DNA of 13,990 bases from a virus. Its lineage: Duplodnaviria; Heunggongvirae; Uroviricota; Caudoviricetes. The stretch lies in the IMG/VR virus record IMGVR_UViG_2563366982_000004. The stretch is one strand, 5' to 3'. Position numbers and translations under genes: made by a program. Position 1 is the first letter of the stretch; the number at the start of each line of letters is the position of its first letter. The notes under the pieces were generated by a model that was not told the DNA's origin, made no database searches, and worked only from the letters and a program-made list of their open reading frames with translations. This document shows, in pieces, positions 7,751 through 13,990 of this stretch.

Positions 7751-10700
7751 AAAGGCAGCAGTAAGGGGCATACCCCGCGCGAAGCGAAGGACAACCTGAA
7801 ATCCACGCAGTTACTGAGTGTGATCGATGCCATCAGCGAAGGGCCGATTGAAGGTCCGGTGGATGGGTTAAAAAGCGTGCTACTGAACAGTACGCCGGTG
7901 CTGGACACTGAGGGGAATACCAATATCTCCGGTGTCACGGTGGTGTTCCGGGCAGGTGAGCAGGAGCAGACTCCGCCGGAGGGGTTTGAATCCTCCGGCT
8001 CCGAGACGGTGCTGGGTACGGAAGTGAAATACGACACGCCGATCACCCGCACCATCACGTCGGCAAACATCGACCGTCTGCGTTTTACCTTCGGTGTGCA
8101 GGCACTGGTGGAAACCACTTCAAAGGGTGACCGGAATCCGTCGGAAGTTCGCCTGCTGGTTCAGATACAGCGTAACGGTGGCTGGGTGACGGAAAAAGAC
8201 ATCACCATTAAGGGCAAAACCACCTCGCAGTATCTGGCCTCGGTGGTGGTGGATAACCTGCCTCCGCGCCCGTTCAATATCCGGATGCGCAGGATGACAC
8301 CGGACAGCACCACAGACCAGCTGCAGAACAAAACGCTCTGGTCGTCATACACCGAAATCATCGATATGAAACAGTGCTACCCGAACACGGCACTGGTCGG
8401 TGTGCAGGTGGACTCGGAGCAGTTCGGCAGTCAGCAGGTGAGTCGTAATTATCATCTGCGCGGGCGCATTCTGCAGGTGCCGTCGAACTATAACCCGCAG
8501 ACGCGACAATACAGCGGTATCTGGGACGGAACGTTAAAACCGGCATACAGCAACAACATGGCCTGGTGTCTGTGGGATATGCTGACCCATCCGCGCTACG
8601 GCATGGGGAAACGTCTTGGTGCGGCGGATGTGGACAAATGGGCGCTGTATGTCATCGGCCAGAATTGCGACCAGTCGGTGCCGGATGGTTTTGGTGGCAC
8701 GGAGCCGCGCATCACCTGTAATGCCTGGCTGACCACACAGCGTAAGGCGTGGGATGTTCTCAGTGATTTCTGCTCGGCGATGCGCTGTATGCCGGTATGG
8801 AACGGGCAGACGCTGACGTTCGTGCAGGACCGGCCGTCGGATAAGGTGTGGACCTATAACCGCAGTAATGTGGTGATGCCGGATGATGGCGCGCCGTTCC
8901 GCTACAGTTTCAGCGCCCTGAAGGACCGCCATAATGCCGTTGAGGTGAACTGGATTGACCCGGATAACGGCTGGGAGACGGCGACAGAGCTTGTGGAGGA
9001 CACGCAGGCCATTGCCCGTTACGGTCGTAACGTCACGAAGATGGATGCCTTTGGCTGTACCAGTCGGGGGCAGGCACACCGAGCCGGGCTGTGGCTGATT
9101 AAAACGGAACTGCTGGAAACGCAGACCGTGGATTTCAGCGTGGGCGCAGAAGGGCTTCGCCATGTGCCGGGCGATGTTATTGAAATCTGCGATGATGACT
9201 ATGCGGGTATCAGCATCGGCGGGCGCGTGCTGGCGGTGAACAGCCAGACCCGGACGCTGACGCTCGACCGTGAAATCACTCTGCCATCCTCCGGTACCAC
9301 GCTGATAAGCCTGGTTGACGGAAGCGGCAATCCGGTCAGCGTGGAGGTCCAGTCCGTCACCGACGGCGTGAAGGTAAAAGTGAGCCGGGTTCCTGACGGC
9401 GTTGCCGGATACAGCGTGTGGGGGCTGAAGTTGCCGACGTTGCGCCAGCGCCTGTTCCGCTGCGTGAGTATCCGTGAGAACGATGACGGCACGTATGCCA
9501 TCACTGCCGTGCAGCATGTACCGGAAAAAGAGGCCATCGTGGATAACGGGGCGCACTTTGACGGCGACCAGAGCGGCACGGTGAATGGTGTCACGCCGCC
9601 AGCGGTGCAGCACCTGACTGCCGAAGTCACCGCAGACAGCGGGGAATATCAGGTGCTGGCGCGCTGGGACACGCCGAAGGTGGTGAAGGGGGTGAGCTTT
9701 ATGCTTCGCCTGACCGTGGCAGCGGATGACGGCAGTGAGCGGCTGGTCAGCACGGCCCGGACGACGGAAACCACATACCGCTTCACGCAACTGGCGCTGG
9801 GGCGGTACACGCTGACAGTCCGGGCGGTAAATGCGTGGGGGCAGCAGGGCGATCCGGCGTCGGTATCGTTCCGGATTGCCGCACCGGCAGCACCGTCGAG
9901 GATTGATCTGACGCCGGGCTATTTTCAGATAACCGCCACGCCGCATCTTGCCGTTTATGACCCGACGGTACAGTTTGAATTCTGGTTCTCGGAAAAGCGG
10001 ATTACCGATATCAGGCAGGTTGAAACCACAGCCCGCTATCTTGGCACGGCGCTGTACTGGATAGCTGCCAGTATCAATATTAAGCCGGGCCATGATTATT
10101 ATTTTTATATCCGCAGTGTGAATACTGTTGGCAAATCGGCATTCGTGGAGGCTGTCGGTCAGGCGAGCGATGATGCTTCCGGCTATCTGGATTTTTTCAA
10201 AGGCCAGATAACTGAATCCCATCTCGGCAAGGAGCTGCTGGAAAAAGTCGAGCTGACGGAGGATAACGCCAGCAAACTGGAGGAGTTTTCGAAAGAGTGG
10301 AAAGACGCCAACGATAAATGGAATGCCATGTGGGGCGTCAAAATTGAGCAGACCGAAGACGGCAGGCATTATGTCGCGGGTATTGGCCTCAGCATGGAGG
10401 ATACGGAGGAAGGCAAACTGAGCCAGTTCCTGGTTGCCGCTAACCGTATCGCGTTTATTGACCCGGCAAACGGGAATGAAACGCCGATGTTTGTGGCGCA
10501 GGGCAACCAGATATTCATGAACGAAGTGTTCCTGAAGTATCTGACGGCTCCCACCATTACCAGCGGCGGCAATCCGCCGGTATTTTCCCTGACACCGGAC
10601 GGGCGGTTGACGGCGAAAAATGCCGATATCAGCGGTAACGTGAATGCGAACTCAGGGACGCTCAATAATGTCACGATTAACCAGAACTGTCGGATTCTGG

Positions 10701-11143
10701 GAAAACTGTCTGCCAACCAGATTGAAGGTGATATTGTCAAAACGGTGGGAAAAGCCTTTCCGAGAAATGGCAGTTATGCCAGCGGTACAATAACGGTCAC
10801 TGTGTACGATGACCAGGCTTTTGACCGTCAGATAGTAATCCCACCCGTTCTGTTTCGCGGTGGTAAGCATGAAAACTTCAACAGCAACAACCAACAGTCA
10901 TACTGGTATTCAACCTGTAAGCTGCAGGTACTGAAGAACGGACAGGAAATCTTTCAGCAACCCGCGACGGATGTCAGCAGGGTATTTTCATCCGTCATTG
11001 ATATGCCAGCGGGACACGGCCATGTCACCCTGACTTTCAATGTTTCTTCATATGGTGCAAATAACTGGACGCCAACGACCAGTATCAGCGACCTTCTTGT
11101 TGTCGTGATGAAGAAATCAACAGCCGGTATCAGTATCAGTTGA
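7553..11143 (+). CDS. In-frame chimera: SAR endolysin N-terminus (codons 1..66) fused to lambda J-like host-specificity / tail-tip protein (codons 67..1196)
   Basis: Residues 1..66 ([66 protein letters not shown]) match the signal-anchor-release domain and catalytic start of the phage 21 / RrrD lysozyme. From residue 67 ([32 protein letters not shown]...) it is lambda J from its third codon to the end. Junction is at about nt 7750/7751. GAGGTG RBS is intact upstream of the ATG. Confidence 0.8.
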   Translation: MSPSLRKAIAAAIGGGAVAIASVLITGPSGDDGLEGVSYIPYKDIVGVWTVCHGHTGKDIMLGKTYKGSSKGHTPREAKDNLKSTQLLSVIDAISEGPIEGPVDGLKSVLLNSTPVLDTEGNTNISGVTVVFRAGEQEQTPPEGFESSGSETVLGTEVKYDTPITRTITSANIDRLRFTFGVQALVETTSKGDRNPSEVRLLVQIQRNGGWVTEKDITIKGKTTSQYLASVVVDNLPPRPFNIRMRRMTPDSTTDQLQNKTLWSSYTEIIDMKQCYPNTALVGVQVDSEQFGSQQVSRNYHLRGRILQVPSNYNPQTRQYSGIWDGTLKPAYSNNMAWCLWDMLTHPRYGMGKRLGAADVDKWALYVIGQNCDQSVPDGFGGTEPRITCNAWLTTQRKAWDVLSDFCSAMRCMPVWNGQTLTFVQDRPSDKVWTYNRSNVVMPDDGAPFRYSFSALKDRHNAVEVNWIDPDNGWETATELVEDTQAIARYGRNVTKMDAFGCTSRGQAHRAGLWLIKTELLETQTVDFSVGAEGLRHVPGDVIEICDDDYAGISIGGRVLAVNSQTRTLTLDREITLPSSGTTLISLVDGSGNPVSVEVQSVTDGVKVKVSRVPDGVAGYSVWGLKLPTLRQRLFRCVSIRENDDGTYAITAVQHVPEKEAIVDNGAHFDGDQSGTVNGVTPPAVQHLTAEVTADSGEYQVLARWDTPKVVKGVSFMLRLTVAADDGSERLVSTARTTETTYRFTQLALGRYTLTVRAVNAWGQQGDPASVSFRIAAPAAPSRIDLTPGYFQITATPHLAVYDPTVQFEFWFSEKRITDIRQVETTARYLGTALYWIAASINIKPGHDYYFYIRSVNTVGKSAFVEAVGQASDDASGYLDFFKGQITESHLGKELLEKVELTEDNASKLEEFSKEWKDANDKWNAMWGVKIEQTEDGRHYVAGIGLSMEDTEEGKLSQFLVAANRIAFIDPANGNETPMFVAQGNQIFMNEVFLKYLTAPTITSGGNPPVFSLTPDGRLTAKNADISGNVNANSGTLNNVTINQNCRILGKLSANQIEGDIVKTVGKAFPRNGSYASGTITVTVYDDQAFDRQIVIPPVLFRGGKHENFNSNNQQSYWYSTCKLQVLKNGQEIFQQPATDVSRVFSSVIDMPAGHGHVTLTFNVSSYGANNWTPTTSISDLLVVVMKKSTAGISIS

Positions 11144-11161
11144 ATTTTATAACCCAAATAC

Positions 11162-11190
11162 GGGCGCCAGAAATGGCGCCTTTTTTATTT
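11162..11190 (+). terminator. Rho-independent terminator between J and stf (GGCGCC-agaaat-GGCGCC followed by TTTTTTATTT)
   Basis: 6-7 bp G/C stem with a T6 tract immediately downstream on the plus strand. Confidence 0.6.
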
Positions 11191-11201
11191 GTGGAGTGAA
11201 T

Positions 11202-13262
11202 ATGGCAGTACAGATTTCAGGCGTGCTGAAAGACGGTGCAGGAAAACCAATACAGAACTGTACTATTCAGCTCAAAGCAAAGCGTAACAGCACCACGGTA
11301 CTGGTGAACACGGTGGCCTCTGAAAATCCGGATGAAGCCGGGCGTTACAGCATGGATGTTGAGTATGGCCAGTACAGCGTCACCCTGCTGGTTGAAGGTT
11401 TTCCGCCTTCACATGCCGGGACCATTACCGTCTATGAAGGTTCCAGACCAGGTACGCTGAATGATTTTCTCGGTGCCATGACGGAAGATGATGTCATGCC
11501 GGAGGCATTGCGTCGTTTTGAGGTAATGGTGGAGGATGTGGCACGCAACGCTGAAGCCGCCTCTCAGAGCGCAGCGGCAGCAAAGAAATCAGAAACAGCA
11601 GCGGCATCGTCCAGGAACGCGGCGAAAACATCAGAGACGAATGCAGGTAACAGCGCGAAAGCGGCAGCTTCTTCAAAAACAGCCGCACAAAACGCAGCAA
11701 CAGCGGCAGAACGTTCAGAGACAAATGCCCGTGCGTCAGAAGAAGCCTCCGCAGACAGTGAAGAGGCTTCCCGCCGTAATGCAGAGTCAGCCGCTGAAAA
11801 TGCCGGAGTCGCCACCACAAAAGCGCGGGAGGCTGCAGCAGACGCAACAAAGGCCGGGCAGAAAAAGGATGAGGCTCTGTCGGCAGCGACACGAGCTGAA
11901 AAGGCGGCAGACCGCGCAGAAGCCGCAGCGGAAGTGACTGCAGAGCCCTATGCGAATATAGTGCCGCCGCTGCCTGATGTGTGGATACCGTTTAACGATT
12001 CACTGGATATGATTGCGGGTTTTTCTCCGGGCTATAAAAAAATAGCTATTGGTGACGATGTGGTTCAGGTCGCCAGTGATAAACAGGTTAATTTCAGTCG
12101 CGCATCAACGGCAACATATATCAACAAATCTGGCGAACTGAAAACGGCGGAAATTAATGAGCCGCGATTTGAGTGTGATGGCCTGCTTATTGAGGGACAA
12201 AGAACGAACTACATGCTCAATTCGGAAAGTCCAGCCAGCTGGGGGAAGTCATCAAACATGGATGTGCCCGAAACCGGGACGGATAGTTTTGGTTTTACTT
12301 ATGGAAAGTTTGTCTGCAACGATTCTCTGGTTGGGCAAACTTCGGCTATTAATATGGCATCAATTGCTGCAACAAAGTCAGTTGATGTCTCAGGCGATAA
12401 CAAGTACGTGACAACCTCATGCCGTTTTAAAACAGAACGACAGGTAAGGTTACGTATACGGTTTGATAAGTATGATGGTAGTGCAACAACTTTTCTTGGC
12501 GATGCGTACATTGATACGCAAACGCTTGAAATTAATATGACAGGTGGTGCTGCCGGCAGAATTACGGCACGAGTCAGGAAGGATAAGACCACGGGCTGGA
12601 TTTTTGCAGAGGCAACGATTCAGGCAATTGATGGTGAGTTAAAAATAGGCTCTCAGATACAGTATTCTCCTGAGCAGGGTGGGGCAACAGTATCTGGTGA
12701 CTATATTTATCTTGCCACCCCACAAGTAGAGAATGGGCCGTGTGTATCATCATTTATTATTTCAGGAGGCAGCGCAACGACAAGAGCCAGTGATTTGGTT
12801 AGTATCCCCACCAGAAATAATCTTTATAAGTTACCATTTACTTTTTTACTTGAGATTCATAAAAACTGGGATATTGCACCAAACGCCGCACCCCGCGTGT
12901 GGGATATAGCAGCAGCCAATACCGGGCAATCAGCAATTGCAGCAATCAACAGAGGTAGTGGTAAGTTATATATGAGTCTGTCAAACCCTTCAGGCTCGTA
13001 TGTTAATAGCGCAGCGACAGATGTATTTGCAGAGAAAACCACATTTGGATGTATTGCAAAAGCTGATGGTCACTTTCATGTGGTGACAAATGGTAAAGCG
13101 GTTAATGAAGTTTATTGTGAATATAATGGCGTGACCGCTGATAAAAATATCCGATTTGGAGGGCAGACGAATACTGGAGAACGACATCTGTTTGGCCATA
13201 TTCGCAATTTCCGCATATGGCATAAAGAATTAAATGACAGGCAATTAAAAGAGGTCGTATGA
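11202..13262 (+). CDS. stf: Side tail fiber protein (Stf-like): lambda-type N-terminal tail-attachment domain, Ala/Ser-rich repeat linker, and a distinct C-terminal putative receptor-binding domain
   Basis: N-terminus MAVQISGVLKDGAGKPIQNCTIQLKAKRNSTTVLVNTVASENPDEAGRYSMDVEYGQYSV... matches the lambda Stf N-terminus. Probable start is the ATG at 11202 (GGAG 5 nt upstream); the track start at 11196 is GTG. The C-terminal ~440 aa are unlike lambda Stf and end ...RFGGQTNTGERHLFGHIRNFRIWHKELNDRQLKEVV. Confidence 0.8.
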   Translation: MAVQISGVLKDGAGKPIQNCTIQLKAKRNSTTVLVNTVASENPDEAGRYSMDVEYGQYSVTLLVEGFPPSHAGTITVYEGSRPGTLNDFLGAMTEDDVMPEALRRFEVMVEDVARNAEAASQSAAAAKKSETAAASSRNAAKTSETNAGNSAKAAASSKTAAQNAATAAERSETNARASEEASADSEEASRRNAESAAENAGVATTKAREAAADATKAGQKKDEALSAATRAEKAADRAEAAAEVTAEPYANIVPPLPDVWIPFNDSLDMIAGFSPGYKKIAIGDDVVQVASDKQVNFSRASTATYINKSGELKTAEINEPRFECDGLLIEGQRTNYMLNSESPASWGKSSNMDVPETGTDSFGFTYGKFVCNDSLVGQTSAINMASIAATKSVDVSGDNKYVTTSCRFKTERQVRLRIRFDKYDGSATTFLGDAYIDTQTLEINMTGGAAGRITARVRKDKTTGWIFAEATIQAIDGELKIGSQIQYSPEQGGATVSGDYIYLATPQVENGPCVSSFIISGGSATTRASDLVSIPTRNNLYKLPFTFLLEIHKNWDIAPNAAPRVWDIAAANTGQSAIAAINRGSGKLYMSLSNPSGSYVNSAATDVFAEKTTFGCIAKADGHFHVVTNGKAVNEVYCEYNGVTADKNIRFGGQTNTGERHLFGHIRNFRIWHKELNDRQLKEVV
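11565..11940 (+). repeat. Low-complexity Ala/Ser/Glu/Lys-rich repeat region inside stf (degenerate SETNA / AAxxA-type units)
   Basis: Translation ...AAKKSETAAASSRNAAKTSETNAGNSAKAAASSKTAAQNAATAAERSETNARASEEA.... The GC-rich repetitive DNA also generates the spurious overlapping ORFs seen on both strands here. Confidence 0.5.
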
Positions 13263-13537
13263 AAGATTTAACTTTGAAGTTTCATGACAAACTGCAGTTT
13301 AAGGCCTTCCTGTCATCTCTTGGCTGGGCGGAAGATGAAGACCTCCAGAATAAACTGTTAGTTGATGAAATTGGTTTCACCTACACAGAAACAGGGGTAA
13401 CAGAAGAGGGAGAACCTGTCTGTATCCGGAATGATGGTTATTTTGTCAACATTCGCATTCTTGATGACTTGTTTGATGTTTCTGTATTCTCTGATTATGT
13501 CGTGGAGCTGGAAACACCGCTTCGGGAATGGAGCTGA
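13259..13537 (+). CDS. Hypothetical acidic 92-aa protein, translationally coupled to stf (ATGA overlap); function unknown
   Basis: ATG overlaps the stf stop. No similarity I can recognise to lambda Tfa or T4 gp38-type fibre chaperones. A+T-rich. Confidence 0.45.
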   Translation: MKDLTLKFHDKLQFKAFLSSLGWAEDEDLQNKLLVDEIGFTYTETGVTEEGEPVCIRNDGYFVNIRILDDLFDVSVFSDYVVELETPLREWS

Positions 13538-13549
13538 AAGGAGGAAATA

Positions 13550-13990
13550 ATGGATATAAGCCCCTTACTTCATGCACTTTGTGCTGTGGCTGCGCAGATA
13601 CTGGTTGGTCTTTTTACCGGAAACTGGGCTTACGGAGCGATAGCCGGTTGTACGTTCTTCATTGCGCGTGAACATACCCAGGCAGAATATCGCTGGATTG
13701 AAATGTTCGGGCATGGCAAGCGAATGAATATGCCGTGGTGGGGCGGTTTTGATCCGCGTGCTTGGGATGTGGCAAGCCTGATGGATTTTGCTGTGCCGGT
13801 GGTGGCGTGTCTGCTGGTCTGGCTGTTGGTTAATCGTGGGCGAAAAAAGGTGAGCTGTATATGCAACGGAGGAAGAAACCCCGTTGCTGGAAGCCAGGAA
13901 AAAGTATCGGGTGTTGCTGTCCTCGGATGTTGTGCTAATTGGGTGATAACAGATCCTGTGTATGGGAGTTTCCCTTTTTGCGTGCGTTGA
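13550..13990 (+). CDS. Hypothetical small membrane protein (two or three predicted hydrophobic helices); 3' boundary uncertain, stop coincides with the window end
   Basis: Strong RBS AAAGGAGG 7 nt upstream of the ATG. Hydrophobic segments LLHALCAVAAQILVGLFTGNWAYGAIAGCTFFIA and VASLMDFAVPVVACLLVWLLV. The last ~45 codons are Cys/Gly-rich and look less protein-like. Confidence 0.4.
   Translation: MDISPLLHALCAVAAQILVGLFTGNWAYGAIAGCTFFIAREHTQAEYRWIEMFGHGKRMNMPWWGGFDPRAWDVASLMDFAVPVVACLLVWLLVNRGRKKVSCICNGGRNPVAGSQEKVSGVAVLGCCANWVITDPVYGSFPFCVR

Noticed and set aside
8534-10369. 611-aa ORF on the minus strand, antisense to J
   Set aside because: Lies entirely inside the well-supported J coding region. 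Its translation is Arg/Pro/Gly/His-rich and low in complexity, typical of an antisense frame in GC-rich coding DNA, with no recognisable domain or start context.
11494-11937. Overlapping ORFs on both strands (132, 133 and 84 aa) inside the stf repeat linker
   Set aside because: They arise from the GC-rich repetitive Ala-codon tract. The translations are Gln/Arg/Pro- or Ala-rich low-complexity strings. The stf frame is the only one matching a known protein.
12299-13223. Short minus-strand ORFs (97, 61 and 77 aa) antisense to the stf 3' half
   Set aside because: They are embedded in the stf coding frame, A+T-rich, with no start context or recognisable motifs.

Overview
This window reads as a decayed, mosaic lambdoid prophage of an Escherichia/Shigella-type enterobacterium. 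Left to right: an A+T-rich HNH-motif gene (1..858) convergent with a lambda-family integrase that is split by a frameshift (1127..2253, minus strand); an xis remnant that abuts an IS911-like IS3-family element (2385..3634); then, directly at the right IS end, a 5'-truncated ninB followed by ninE, ybcO, rusA, ylcG and a Q antiterminator (DLP12-like nin/Q block). The whole early/immunity region that normally lies between xis and ninB is missing. Downstream lie an intact OmpC-family porin moron (nmpC/Lc-like, minus strand), an S21-type holin, and a single 1196-codon ORF whose first ~66 codons are the N-terminus of a SAR endolysin and whose remainder is a near-complete lambda J tail-tip protein, so the endolysin body, Rz, terminase, head and tail genes are absent. 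The window ends with a lambda-like side tail fiber (Stf) carrying a distinct, A+T-richer C-terminal domain and two small genes of unknown function. All identifications rest on reading the supplied translations against remembered reference proteins; no database search was run. The most notable items are the in-frame endolysin::J fusion, the HNH gene beside int, and the uncharacterised genes after stf.
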